Source: an uncultured Acidobacteriota bacterium (lineage in GTDB: Bacteria; Acidobacteriota; Thermoanaerobaculia; UBA5066; Gp7-AA6). From it: a DNA stretch of 64,000 nt. The stretch lies in contig CAWAKL010000005.1 of the NCBI GenBank assembly GCA_963782585.1, forward strand, positions 26,614-90,613, given 5' to 3'. Of this stretch, positions 20,996 to 30,865 are shown piece after piece; positions within the stretch are counted from its first letter, which is position 1, and the number at the start of each line of letters is the position of its first letter. The notes under the pieces are model-generated. The model had not been told where the DNA came from and ran no database searches. It saw only the letters and a list, made by a program, of their open reading frames with translations. A program made the position numbers and the translations under genes.

Positions 20996-21760
20996 ATGCT
21001 CAGGTCGCTGTTCGGGGTTTTTGTCGTGTTCGTCGCGGTCGCCGCTGTCGCACAAACCGGTGGGCCGGAACAGTTCGGAACGGACGACGAAGCCATCACA
21101 GTCATCGGGTTCGACGACTTCCTGCCGAAGAGCTCGGTCGACGGCTGGACGGGGACGTCCAATAGCCGCTCCTCGCCGGGCGTGATGGTGGCGGGCATCA
21201 ACATGATTCCCAACGGAGCGGTGTTGGAGTCGGTGGCCGTCTACGCGCACGACGTGGATCCCGTCGAGGACGTCGAGGTCGCGCTGTGCTCGAGCTCCTG
21301 GGAGACCTTCAGCGGGGACGGCGGCGTCTATGACTGCACCCTGGCCGTCGGCTCCACTTCGGGAACGCCGAGCTCCACGGTGATCCTTCTGCCCAACAAC
21401 GTCCCGATCCTCTATCAGGAGAACGCGCCGGGAATCGGGCCGACGGTCAAGCACTTCTTTCTCCAGGTGTCGGCGCCAGCCCCGCTCACGAGGGTGCACA
21501 TGGCGCGCCTCAATTGGATCCGCCAGGTCAGCCCCGCGCCCCCGGAGGCGAGCTTCGGCGACGTGCCGACGAATCACCAATTCTTTCAGTTCGTCGAGGC
21601 TCTGGCCGCGTCGGGCATCACCGCGGGTTGCGGAAGCGGGAACTACTGTCCCGACGCCCCTCTCACGCGCGGCCAGATGGCGGCGTTTCTCGCCAAGGCG
21701 CTGGGTCTGCATTGGCCTTTTGAAGGCGTCGTGAAAGGAGTGGTCACAGGGATGCGATGA
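20996..21760 (+). CDS. Secreted S-layer homology (SLH) domain protein
   Basis: N-terminal signal peptide and C-terminal FGDVPTNHQFFQFVEALAASGITAGCGSGNYCPDAPLTRGQMAAFL. AAGGAGG RBS. Confidence 0.8.
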   Translation: MLRSLFGVFVVFVAVAAVAQTGGPEQFGTDDEAITVIGFDDFLPKSSVDGWTGTSNSRSSPGVMVAGINMIPNGAVLESVAVYAHDVDPVEDVEVALCSSSWETFSGDGGVYDCTLAVGSTSGTPSSTVILLPNNVPILYQENAPGIGPTVKHFFLQVSAPAPLTRVHMARLNWIRQVSPAPPEASFGDVPTNHQFFQFVEALAASGITAGCGSGNYCPDAPLTRGQMAAFLAKALGLHWPFEGVVKGVVTGMR

Positions 21761-22865
21761 GAGCGTCGGCCACCCGGTCGATCTCCGCGTCGGTCAGCTC
21801 GGCGAACATCGGGAGCGCGAGGACTTCCTTCGCCGCTTTCTCCGCCCGCGGGAAGTCGCCCTCGCGACCTCCGAGGTCCACGAAGCACCTTTGCAAGTGG
21901 AGCGGCACCGGGTAGAACACGGAGCTCCCGATGCCTCGGTCAGTGAGTCGCTTCTTGACGCCGTCCCGATCCGCGACGCGCACGACGTACTGATGGTAGA
22001 CGTGGCGGCGTTCCGGCGCCTCGACGGGCAACGCCAGCCGACCGGCCTTCGCGGCATCGGCGAGGAGTTCGTCGTAGCGCTTCGCGATCGCGCGCCGTCG
22101 TTCGATCCAGCCATCGAGGCGCGGGAGCTTCGCCGACAGCACGGCCGCCTGCACGGCGTCCATCCGGAAGTTGCCGCCCACGCGGTCGTGGAAGTAGGTC
22201 GCCGTGGAGCCATGGACTCGGAGGCTCTTCACGAGAGCGGCCAGCGCGTCGTCGTCCGTCGCGACCGCTCCGGCGTCGCCGGCGGCCCCGAGGTTCTTCG
22301 TCGGGTAGAAGGAGAAGGCGCCGAGCGCGCCGAGCGTGCCCGCGACCTTCCCCCGGTACGTCGCCCCGATGGCCTGGCAGGCGTCCTCGAGCACGGGGAT
22401 CCCGCGCCGTCCGGCCATCTCGAGGATCGGGTCCATGTCCGCCGCCTGGCCGTAGAGGTGGACCGGCTGGATCGCCTTCGTGCGCGGCGTGACGGCCCGC
22501 TCGAGCAGTGACGGCTCGAGGTTGAACGTCGCCGCGTCGATGTCGACGAAGACCGGCTTGGCCCCGAGGCGGGCCACAGCGCCCGCGGAGGCGAAGAAGG
22601 AGAACGGAGACGTGATCACCTCGTCGCCGGGCCCCACACCGAGAGCCATGAGCGCGACGAGGAGCGCGTCCGTTCCGGACGCGACGCCGAGGACGTGGCG
22701 GACGCCGAGGCGCCTGGCGAGGGCGGACTCGAACGCTTCGTTCGCGGGGCCGAGAACGAACCGGCCGGAGGCGAACACGTCCGCGACGGCCCTCGCAATG
22801 TCCGCCTGGAGGCCTTCGTCGTAGCGAGTCAGGTCGATGAGCGGGACGGGGCGCGCTTCGGTCAT
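21744..22865 (-). CDS. DegT/DnrJ/EryC1/StrS aminotransferase (second paralogue, WbpE-like)
   Basis: GRFVLGP, SGTDAL, VHLYGQ, EDACQAIGA, FSFYPTKNLGAAGDAG, NFRMDAVQAA. Confidence 0.92.
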   Translation of the reverse strand: MTEARPVPLIDLTRYDEGLQADIARAVADVFASGRFVLGPANEAFESALARRLGVRHVLGVASGTDALLVALMALGVGPGDEVITSPFSFFASAGAVARLGAKPVFVDIDAATFNLEPSLLERAVTPRTKAIQPVHLYGQAADMDPILEMAGRRGIPVLEDACQAIGATYRGKVAGTLGALGAFSFYPTKNLGAAGDAGAVATDDDALAALVKSLRVHGSTATYFHDRVGGNFRMDAVQAAVLSAKLPRLDGWIERRRAIAKRYDELLADAAKAGRLALPVEAPERRHVYHQYVVRVADRDGVKKRLTDRGIGSSVFYPVPLHLQRCFVDLGGREGDFPRAEKAAKEVLALPMFAELTDAEIDRVADALIASL

Positions 22866-22896
22866 CGCGGAGCCGGCATTCTAGCTTTCCGCGCGG

Positions 22897-24246
22897 TCAC
22901 GATGCGCGCCGGAGCAGGTGCGCCGTAAACCCGTCCGTCCGTTCGTCGGGAAGCAGGCGCAGGCGCGCGCCGTCGACGAAGGGACCGAGCGCGGGAGGCG
23001 GCTCGAGCGGCGCCGGCCCGAGACCGGGCGTCGCCGCGCAGACGCGTTCGACGACACGCTCGTTCTCCTCGGGCTCGAGACTGCACGTCGAATAGAGGAG
23101 AAAGCCTCCCGGGGCGAGAAGCGCGGCCGCGGCGGACAGCCACCGCTCCTGGCTGTCGGCGAGCCTCTCGATCGCCGCGGGCGTGACGCGGTACCGGATC
23201 TCGGGATTCTTGCGGAGCGTGCCGGTTCCGGTGCAGGGCGCGTCGAGGAGGACCCGGTCGAACCGTCCCGCGCGGAAGGGGCAAGCGCGGTCAGGTCGGC
23301 CGCCGCGGGCAAGAGCGTTCGCAGCCAGCCGGCGCGCGTTCTCGACGACCCGGAGGAGCCGCGGAAGCGAGAGCGTCCAGGGCCAGCGTCCTCTGCGCGC
23401 GTCCGTGCGCCAGGGCCGAGATCGACTTTCCGCCCGGCGCCGCGGCCAGGTCGACCAGGATCTCGCCCGGCGGGAGCAGCAGCGGCAGGACCTGCGCGCC
23501 CAGATCCTGGATGGAGAAGTGGCCGTCCGAAAAGAGCGGCGAACGCAGCGGGTTGCCCGAGACGGCCGTGAGCCCGAGCGGCGTCAGGGCTGAGCGCTCC
23601 GCTTCCACGCCGCCGGCCGCAAGCGCCGCGACGAGCGCGTCGCGCGTCGTGCGCCCGGGATTCACGAGCAGATCCAGACGGGGCGGCGCGTTGTCGGCGG
23701 CGAGGACGCGGCGCGTCGCCTCCGCCCCGAAGCGGGCGACCCAACGCTCGACGAGGAAGGGAGGATGCGAATAGAACCTCGCGAGCGCTTCGGCCGGAGC
23801 CTCCGGGGCCGGCTCGGACGGCGGCGGTGGCTGGAGCAGGATCCCGCGCAGCACCCCGTTCACGAGCTTCGAGGCGCCTTCCCCCCGCTCGCGCGCGCAT
23901 GCGTGACGGCCTCGCTGACCGCGGCGTACGGCGGAATCCGATCGAGATGCCGGAGCTGGTAGAGAGCGACCTCGAGGATCTCGCGCAGGTTCGGCGCGAG
24001 CTTGGGCAGGGGAATCCGGCAGATCGCGGCGATCTCGGAGTCGAGCGCCGCCTTCCAGCGCAGAACGCCGAGGACGAGCTCGCGCAGGAGATCCGCGTCG
24101 ACCGCCGAGAGCCCGCGCGAGAGCTCGCCGACGAGCGGCGCCGCCGGCCGGCCGGTCTCCAGTACTTTCCGGAGAGCATCGACCGCGCGCGTTCGCGCCG
24201 TGTTCGGGCGCGGCGAACGCGTCGAGGGGGCGGGCTTCCCCTTCAC
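22897..24246 (-). CDS. rsmB: 16S rRNA m5C967 methyltransferase RsmB/Sun (2-3 frameshifts)
   Basis: NusB-like N-terminus (LRELVLGVLRW, LEVALYQLRHLDRIP), YSHPPFL, IQDLGAQ, DLAAAPGGKS, LDAPCSGTG-like segment, C-terminal RTDGFTAHLLRR. Confidence 0.85.
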
Positions 24247-24250
24247 CGTT

Positions 24251-25213
24251 TCACCGGGACGGCTCGGCCGCGAGGGCGAAGCGTCCGGGCAGCCGCGCCG
24301 CGCGCGCGAACTCGGCCCCGGTCACCGGCTTTCGCCCCTCGCGCTGCAGGCGCGTGATGCGCAGAGCGGTTCCCCCGCCGGCCGCCGCGACGAGCTCGCC
24401 CGCTTCGAGGCCGAAGACGCCGGGCGGGGCTTCGCTCGCGACCGGGCTCTCCTCCGCGTCGAGGATCTTGACGCGCTCGCCCTCGAGAAACGTGTAGAGG
24501 CCGGGCCAGGGCGTGAACGCCCGAAGGCGCCGCGCGATCTCCGCCGCCGGCCGCTGCCAGTCGATGAGGGCGTCTTCGCGCCGGATCGGGCGGCAGAGCG
24601 TCGGCTCCCCCTCCTGCGGCCGCGCCGTCAGCCGTCCGGCGGCGAGGCCTTCGAGCGTCTCGACGAGAAGCGCGCCGCCGAGGAGCGCAAGCCGCCCCGA
24701 AAGCTCCCCGGCCGTTTCCCGTTCGCCGATCGGAACACGGCGCTCGAGATACACCGGTCCGGTGTCGAGGCCTTCCTCCATGCGCATCGTGGCGATCCCG
24801 GTCTCCGCATCGCCGGCGAGGATCGCGGCCTGGACGGGCGACGCGCCACGGAAGCGCGGGAGCAGCGACGCGTGGACGTTGACGCACCCGAGCCGCGGCA
24901 GGTCCAGGATCTCGGTCGGCAGGATCCGGCCGTACGCCACGACGGCGATCGCATCCGGCCGGGTGTCCCGCAACCAGGCGAGCAGCTCGGCGTTGGATCG
25001 CACCTTTTCCGGCTTCGCCACCGGAAGGCCCCTGGCGGCGGCCAGGATCGCCACGGCCGACGGGCGCGGCTCCGCGTGACGGCCGGCGGGCCGGTCGGGC
25101 TGCGTGACGACGAGGGGAATCGTCACCCCCGCCTCGAGCAGCGCCTGGAGCGAGGCCGCGGCGAAGTCGGGCGTTCCAAAGAACACCGTTCGAGGAAACC
25201 GGTCGCCGGTCAC
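24251..25213 (-). CDS. fmt: Methionyl-tRNA formyltransferase
   Basis: FFGTPDFA, VVTQPDRPAGR, VVAYGRILP, NVHASLLPRFRGASP, GLDTGP. Confidence 0.95.
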   Translation of the reverse strand: MTGDRFPRTVFFGTPDFAAASLQALLEAGVTIPLVVTQPDRPAGRHAEPRPSAVAILAAARGLPVAKPEKVRSNAELLAWLRDTRPDAIAVVAYGRILPTEILDLPRLGCVNVHASLLPRFRGASPVQAAILAGDAETGIATMRMEEGLDTGPVYLERRVPIGERETAGELSGRLALLGGALLVETLEGLAAGRLTARPQEGEPTLCRPIRREDALIDWQRPAAEIARRLRAFTPWPGLYTFLEGERVKILDAEESPVASEAPPGVFGLEAGELVAAAGGGTALRITRLQREGRKPVTGAEFARAARLPGRFALAAEPSR

Positions 25214-25230
25214 GTGTCGAAGGCCGCGGA

Positions 25231-25602
25231 TCAGGCCAGCGGCTTCTCCGCCGGGCTTGCGGAATCGTCCGGGCTCGCGGCGGCCGCCGGCGTCGGGTGC
25301 CGGAGCCTCCAGAGCCGCCGGCCGGCGATCACACCCACCGCGCCGAAAAAGAGCAGGACGACGGCGTTGATGAACCCGAAGACGGCCCACACGCGCGGCC
25401 AGTCGTTCGCGTGGCCGAAGAGAAACACCGAAAAGAACAGGAGGAAGGCAAAGAGCGCGACGACGATCGTCCGCCTCTGCTCGTGCTCCGCGTTCCAGGG
25501 CGGATCGAGGAACCCGAGGCCTTTCGCCAGGCGATAGATGCCCCACGTCGCGAAGGGCGTCGCGAGCAGCGCGACCACGAGGAGCATCATCGGCCGGGTC
25601 AT
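25231..25602 (-). CDS. Small hypothetical membrane protein (about 3 TM)
   Basis: ORF 123 aa with three hydrophobic segments; overlaps the ftsK stop by 4 nt. Confidence 0.6.
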   Translation of the reverse strand: MTRPMMLLVVALLATPFATWGIYRLAKGLGFLDPPWNAEHEQRRTIVVALFAFLLFFSVFLFGHANDWPRVWAVFGFINAVVLLFFGAVGVIAGRRLWRLRHPTPAAAASPDDSASPAEKPLA

Positions 25603-27956
25603 CGCGGCTGCCGGTCGACCTCTTCGAAATAGTCTTCGGCCACGAGGACCTCGCGGGGCTTGGATCCCCGCGGCGGCCCGAGGAGCCCGTCGCGGGACAT
25701 CATGTCGATGAGCTTGCCGGCGCGCGAGAACCCGACGCCCATGCGGCGCTGCAGGAAGGAGATCGACGCCATCTTCTCGCGCACGACCAGGCGCGCGGCC
25801 TCGTCGTAGAGCGGATCGGTCTCATCGCCCGCGTCATCCCGCTGGACCATTTCGGTCCGATCCTTGGTGATCTCCTCGTCGAAGTGCGGCCGGGCCTGCT
25901 TCTTCAGGAACTTCATGAGGGCGGCGGTCTCCTGCACCGAGACGAACGCGCCGTGGACGCGCTTCAGCCGGGACGTGCCCGGCGGCAGATAGAGCATGTC
26001 GCCCCGGCCGAGCAGCCGCTCCGCGCCGTTGCCGTCGAGGATGACGCGGGAATCGATCTTGGAGGAGACCTTGAAGGCGATGCGCGAGGGCAGGTTCGCC
26101 TTGATGACGCCGGTCAGCACGTCCACCGAAGGACGCTGCGTCGCGACGACCAGGTGGATGCCGACGGCGCGGGCCTTCTGCGCGAGGCGGACGACCGCCT
26201 CTTCGACGTCCTTGGGAGCGGTCATCATGAGGTCGGCCAGCTCGTCGATGATGATCACGATGAGCGGCATCGGCTCGAGCTTGAGGTCGGGATCGTCGGG
26301 GTGCTGCGCCCGGACGCGCGCGACCGCCTCGGGGTCCTGGATCGCCGCGTTGTACTGCTCGGCGTTGCGGACCTGGCCGAAGCTCGAGAGCGTCTGGAAT
26401 CGCTCCTCCATCGTCGCGACCGCCCACTTCAGGGCGTTCGAGGCCTTCCTCGGGTCCGTGATGATGGGGGTGGCCAGGTGCGGGAGGTTCTCGTACATCT
26501 CGAGCTCGACCATCTTCGGGTCGATGAGGATCAGCTTCACCTGGTCCGGCCGCGCCTTGTACAGGATCGAGGTGATCAGCGCGTTGATGCCGACGCTCTT
26601 GCCCGAGCCGGTCGTGCCCGCGATCAGAAGGTGAGGCATCGCCCGCAGGTCGTCCACGACGGGCTCGCCGTGGATGTCCTTGCCGAGCGCGAGTGTCAGC
26701 AGCGAGCGCGAGCTCTGGAATCGCTCGGACTCGAGGACGTCGCGGATCGCGATGATCTCCCCGCCGCCCGGGTTGGGAACCTCGATGCCGACGCTCGCCC
26801 GGCCGGGCAGCCGCTCGACGCGGATCGACTCGGCCGAGAGCGCGAGCGCCAGGTCCTCCGAAAGCCCCATGACCTGGTTGACCTTGATGCCCGCCGCGGG
26901 CCGGAATTCGTAGGTCGTGACGACGGGGCCGGGATGGTACTCGGCGACCTCGCCCTCGACGTCGAACTCGGCGCACTTCGCCGCGATCTGTCGGCCCGTC
27001 TCGGCGAGCGCCCGACGATCGATGGCATCCGCCTGCTGCCGCTTCTCGAGCAGAGACACCGGCGGATACGTGTAACCGGAAACCGTCAGCGGCAGGCTCT
27101 GCTGGGCGTCCCGATCGGCCTTCTTCTTCGGCGCGGCCGCCGGCCCCGGCGTCTTCGCGCGCGCCGGGGAGGGCCCGGCCGCGGCGATCGTGGTCTTCTT
27201 GATCGAGAACTTGCCCGGCCCGGGCAGCTCGCGGACGATCGGCGGCGCGTCCTCGGTCGTGAAGGGAATCTCGTCCAGCGAGATCTCGTCCTTCTTCGCT
27301 TTTTCGAGGTGCTTTGTCACGACGGTTCGCCGCAGCCGTTCCTTGGTGCGGCGGTCGCGGCTGCGCGCCCAGCCGATCCGGAGCCTCGAGGCGAGCCCCG
27401 CGAATTTGACGCGGAGCTTCAGAAAGACGTCGCCGAGGGAAACCTGGGTCGCGAGGGGCACGGCGAGCAGGACCAGCGTCGCCGCGACGAGAACGGCCCC
27501 GGTCGTTCCGATCCGGCCCCGGAAGGCGTCGGCGAGCGCCCGGCCGACGATGCCGCCGGTTTCGGTCTCCTCGCCGTACAGGCGGCGACGCCCGAGGGCC
27601 AGCGAGAGAAGCATCGGCAGCGAAAAGAGGAGCAGGCCGACGCCCGCCGCCTTCGAGGCGGGATTGGGCAGCGGGCGCGCCCAGAATCGCCGCCATCCGA
27701 GGACGAGGACGAGGCCGGTCAGGCCCCAGGCGGCGAGGCCGAAGAGGGCGTAGAGAGCCGTGGCGAGCGACGCCCCGAAGCCGCCGATCCAGTTGTTCGG
27801 GCTGGCCGCCTCGCCTCCCGCGGTCCACGAGAAGATGTTGGGGTCGCGCGGATCGTACGAGAGCAGCGCCAGCGCCGCGAGCAGGCCCGCGAGCACCAAG
27901 ACAACACCGATCGCCTCACCGGCGAGGCGGCTCTTCCAGAAGGACCCTTCGCTCAA
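25599..27956 (-). CDS. ftsK: DNA translocase FtsK
   Basis: N-terminal 4TM domain, PHLLIAGTTGSGKSVGIN, IIIDELADLM, ATQRPSVDV, gamma domain SFLQRRMGVGFSRA. Confidence 0.96.
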   Translation of the reverse strand: MSEGSFWKSRLAGEAIGVVLVLAGLLAALALLSYDPRDPNIFSWTAGGEAASPNNWIGGFGASLATALYALFGLAAWGLTGLVLVLGWRRFWARPLPNPASKAAGVGLLLFSLPMLLSLALGRRRLYGEETETGGIVGRALADAFRGRIGTTGAVLVAATLVLLAVPLATQVSLGDVFLKLRVKFAGLASRLRIGWARSRDRRTKERLRRTVVTKHLEKAKKDEISLDEIPFTTEDAPPIVRELPGPGKFSIKKTTIAAAGPSPARAKTPGPAAAPKKKADRDAQQSLPLTVSGYTYPPVSLLEKRQQADAIDRRALAETGRQIAAKCAEFDVEGEVAEYHPGPVVTTYEFRPAAGIKVNQVMGLSEDLALALSAESIRVERLPGRASVGIEVPNPGGGEIIAIRDVLESERFQSSRSLLTLALGKDIHGEPVVDDLRAMPHLLIAGTTGSGKSVGINALITSILYKARPDQVKLILIDPKMVELEMYENLPHLATPIITDPRKASNALKWAVATMEERFQTLSSFGQVRNAEQYNAAIQDPEAVARVRAQHPDDPDLKLEPMPLIVIIIDELADLMMTAPKDVEEAVVRLAQKARAVGIHLVVATQRPSVDVLTGVIKANLPSRIAFKVSSKIDSRVILDGNGAERLLGRGDMLYLPPGTSRLKRVHGAFVSVQETAALMKFLKKQARPHFDEEITKDRTEMVQRDDAGDETDPLYDEAARLVVREKMASISFLQRRMGVGFSRAGKLIDMMSRDGLLGPPRGSKPREVLVAEDYFEEVDRQPR

Positions 27957-28060
27957 TGGGTACCATTATGAGGTCGAAACGGCGAAAGGGCTACGGGGCG
28001 GGGCCGTTTGCCACCTCCGCAGGACATCTCGCGTCCGCCTGACTGCGATATAGAAGATCC

Positions 28061-28918
28061 GTGGTCGACCGCCGCCGCGTCCTCTTCCTCTGCACCGGCA
28101 ACGCCGCGCGCAGCCAGATGTCCGAGGCGCTCGCTCGCCTCGACTACGGCGATCTGCTGGACCCGGTCTCGGCCGGCTCCCGGCCGGCGGGGTTCGTCCA
28201 CCCGCTCGCCATCCACGCGATCGAGGAGCTCGGCGTCGGCATGGACAAGGCGCGCTCCAAGTCCGCCGAAGACTTCCTCGGGGAGCCCTTCGACCTCGTC
28301 GTCACCGTGTGCGATTCGGCCGCGGCCGATTGCCCGACGTGGCCGAAGGCCCGGCATCTCGTGAACTGGTCGATCGAAGACCCGAGCTTCCTGCGCGGAA
28401 GCGAGGAGGAGCGCGAGCAGGCCTTTCGCGCGACCCGGGACGAGCTGCGGCGGCGCATCGACTCTCTGATCGAGGCGCTGCGCCGCTCCCACCCGAAGCG
28501 TACGGACACCGACCTCCTCACCGAGGGCGCGAGCCTGCTCGAAGACGTGATGGGGGCGCACGGCTTCAAGCGGCAGGAGATCCTCCAGGAAAAGGTCGAA
28601 GGCCGGGCATCGGCCACGACGCGCTTCGCGAGGCGCGGACGCGCGCTCGAGCTGCGCCACCGGAGCGGCGTGACGATCGCCGGGTACTCCGCCTCGGGAC
28701 GCCGTCTCCTCCATCCGGACTACATGGAGCAGCTCGGGGTCGGCGGCCTCATGCGCTACCCGGGACTCTCGAAGGATCCGCTGGACGCCTTCCGGCGTCT
28801 CCGCACCGACCTGATCCGGTTCGGCCGGCCGTTTCTCGCGGGCGACGGCCTGAAACAGTTCGCGCGTCTCGCGGCCGCCGCGAAGGAGCCGGGAACCGCG
28901 AAGTCCGTCGAGAGGTAA
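28061..28918 (+). CDS. arsC: Thioredoxin-type arsenate reductase/LMW-PTP domain fused to an unknown ~140-aa C-terminal domain
   Basis: VLFLCTGNAARSQM, VSAGSRP, DLVVTVCD, ADCP, WSIEDP, then a C-terminal extension with no motif I recognise. Confidence 0.8.
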   Translation: MVDRRRVLFLCTGNAARSQMSEALARLDYGDLLDPVSAGSRPAGFVHPLAIHAIEELGVGMDKARSKSAEDFLGEPFDLVVTVCDSAAADCPTWPKARHLVNWSIEDPSFLRGSEEEREQAFRATRDELRRRIDSLIEALRRSHPKRTDTDLLTEGASLLEDVMGAHGFKRQEILQEKVEGRASATTRFARRGRALELRHRSGVTIAGYSASGRRLLHPDYMEQLGVGGLMRYPGLSKDPLDAFRRLRTDLIRFGRPFLAGDGLKQFARLAAAAKEPGTAKSVER

Positions 28919-28928
28919 GAGGCACCCG

Positions 28929-29960
28929 GTGACGCGCCGCGTCTCCAATCCGCCAAACCCGTGGCAGTCGGTCCACGCCGAGTGGATCGGCGAGCCGCCC
29001 GCCGCGGAGCTCGAAGTCTACGAGGAAGACGCGAAGTCGATCATCTCGGAGAACGACAGCCCCGACGTCGGCTTCCGCTTCAGCGTCAATCCGTACCGTG
29101 GATGTTTTCATGCGTGTTCGTACTGTTTTGCACGCCCGACGCACCAGTATCTCGGCTGGGGCGCGGGCACGGACTTCGACCGCAAGATCGTCGTCAAGGT
29201 CAACGCGCCGGAGCTCTTGCGGCGGGAGATGTCGCGGCGCTCGTGGAAGGGCGAGACGCTCGTCTTCTCGGGCGTCACGGACTGCTATCAGCCCCTCGAG
29301 GCGGTCTACGGGATCACGCGGAAGTGCCTCGAAGTCTGCGCCGAGTTCCGCAACCCCGTCGGCATCGTGACGAAGGGAGCACTCGTACGGCGCGACATCG
29401 ACCTCCTGTCGCAGCTCTCGCGAGAGTCCGAGGCCGTGGTCTACGTCAGCGTGCCCTTCGCCGACGACGCGGTCGGCCGGGCCATGGAGCCCAACGCGAG
29501 CCTGCCTTCGCAGAGAATCGAGACCATCGCCCTCCTCTCGGCGGCTGGCATCCGGACGGGCGTCGCGGTGGCGCCGGTGATCCCGGGGTTGAATGACAGC
29601 GACATTGCGTCGGTGCTCTCTCGCGCCCGCGAGGCCGGCGCCCGCAGCGCCTTTCTCACGCTGCTCCGCCTGCCCGCCGAGGTCCTTCCGGTGTTCGAAG
29701 AGCGCCTCGCCGCGGCCTTTCCGGACCGCGCCGCTCGCGTCTGGTCCAACCTCGAGCAGACGCGCGGCGGAAAGAAGAACGAGTCGCAGTTCGGTGCGCG
29801 CATGGAAGGCGTCGGCCCGCGCTGGGCCGCGATCGAGAGCCTCTTCGAGATCGAATGCCGCCGGCTCGGGATCAACCAGGCGCCGCACGAGAAGAAGCCT
29901 CGAACCAGCACGTTCCGGCGGCCGCCGGGACGTCAACCCGGCCTCTTCGACATGCTCTGA
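28929..29960 (+). CDS. PA0069/Rv2578c-family radical SAM protein (spore photoproduct lyase-like)
   Basis: NPYRGCFHACSYCFAR (CxxxCxxC), DFDRKIVVKVN, TDCYQPLE, APVIPGLND. Confidence 0.9.
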   Translation: MTRRVSNPPNPWQSVHAEWIGEPPAAELEVYEEDAKSIISENDSPDVGFRFSVNPYRGCFHACSYCFARPTHQYLGWGAGTDFDRKIVVKVNAPELLRREMSRRSWKGETLVFSGVTDCYQPLEAVYGITRKCLEVCAEFRNPVGIVTKGALVRRDIDLLSQLSRESEAVVYVSVPFADDAVGRAMEPNASLPSQRIETIALLSAAGIRTGVAVAPVIPGLNDSDIASVLSRAREAGARSAFLTLLRLPAEVLPVFEERLAAAFPDRAARVWSNLEQTRGGKKNESQFGARMEGVGPRWAAIESLFEIECRRLGINQAPHEKKPRTSTFRRPPGRQPGLFDML

Positions 29961-29963
29961 GCC

Positions 29964-30629
29964 TTGACGGACCTCGAGCCTCTCCGCCGCCACTTCCGGG
30001 ACGCGCTCACCGCCGACCCGCCCGGCGCCTATCGCGACTGGTACCGCGCTCAGGAGGAGCTTCGGGCCGAGCAGCGCGAGGATGCCGCGCGCGCTCTCGC
30101 CGACGACCTCTGGCAGCTCATTCCCGGGCTCGCTTTTCCGGGCGCGGACGAGCGCGCGCGATTCCTCCACAACGCCGCGGTCTTCTACGGGAGCCCGGGT
30201 CCCGCCGCCGACCTCGCGCGGGCGCGCCGCCTCTTCGCCGACGCGCTCGTCCACTTCGCCGAGGACGCGGAGGAAGGCTGGCACGCCCGGGCCCTGCACA
30301 ACCTCGCGACCGCCCTCTCCAACCTCGGCGAGAGCGAGGCCGAGCTCTCCGAGGCCGTGGCGCTCTTCGGGCGGGCGCTCGCCTGGCGCACGTCCGAGCG
30401 TGAGATCGCCCGGGGCGTGACGCTCCACAACCTCGGCCTCGCCCTGCGCCGCCGCGCCGAGCTCGATCCGACGCGGTCGGCGGAGCATCTCGCCGGCAGC
30501 GCGGCGGCCCTCGAGGAGGCGGCCGCGATCCGGGAGCGCCAGGGCCTGACGGAAGGCCTCGCCCATTCGCAACGGCAGCTCGCGATCACGCGCGAGCGGC
30601 TCGCCGCGTTGCCGGAGGGGTCGCGATAG
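29964..30629 (+). CDS. Tetratricopeptide-repeat protein
   Basis: Repeated (L)HN(L)A/G motifs: FLHNAA, ALHNLATAL, TLHNLGLAL. Confidence 0.7.
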   Translation: MTDLEPLRRHFRDALTADPPGAYRDWYRAQEELRAEQREDAARALADDLWQLIPGLAFPGADERARFLHNAAVFYGSPGPAADLARARRLFADALVHFAEDAEEGWHARALHNLATALSNLGESEAELSEAVALFGRALAWRTSEREIARGVTLHNLGLALRRRAELDPTRSAEHLAGSAAALEEAAAIRERQGLTEGLAHSQRQLAITRERLAALPEGSR

Positions 30630-30639
30630 ATTTCCTGTC

Positions 30640-30864
30640 GTGACCAAGCGCCGGTGGATCGAATACGCGGTCTCGGTCCTCGTCGGAAACGCGATCTACT
30701 TCTGGGTCCTGCACCCCGGCCTTCCGCCGGCCCTCCAGAACCAGCCCTACCGATTCGACCTCGGTCTGGCGATCGACTTCGCCTGTTGCATCCTCGTCTA
30801 CCTCGCCATCCGGCTGGGAAGCCGCCACGCCCGGCGACGGAGCGCGGGCGGCGCCGTCCGCTGA
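30640..30864 (+). CDS. Small 2-TM hypothetical membrane protein
   Basis: 74-aa ORF with two hydrophobic stretches, in the same operon orientation. Confidence 0.6.
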   Translation: MTKRRWIEYAVSVLVGNAIYFWVLHPGLPPALQNQPYRFDLGLAIDFACCILVYLAIRLGSRHARRRSAGGAVR

Positions 30865-30865
30865 G

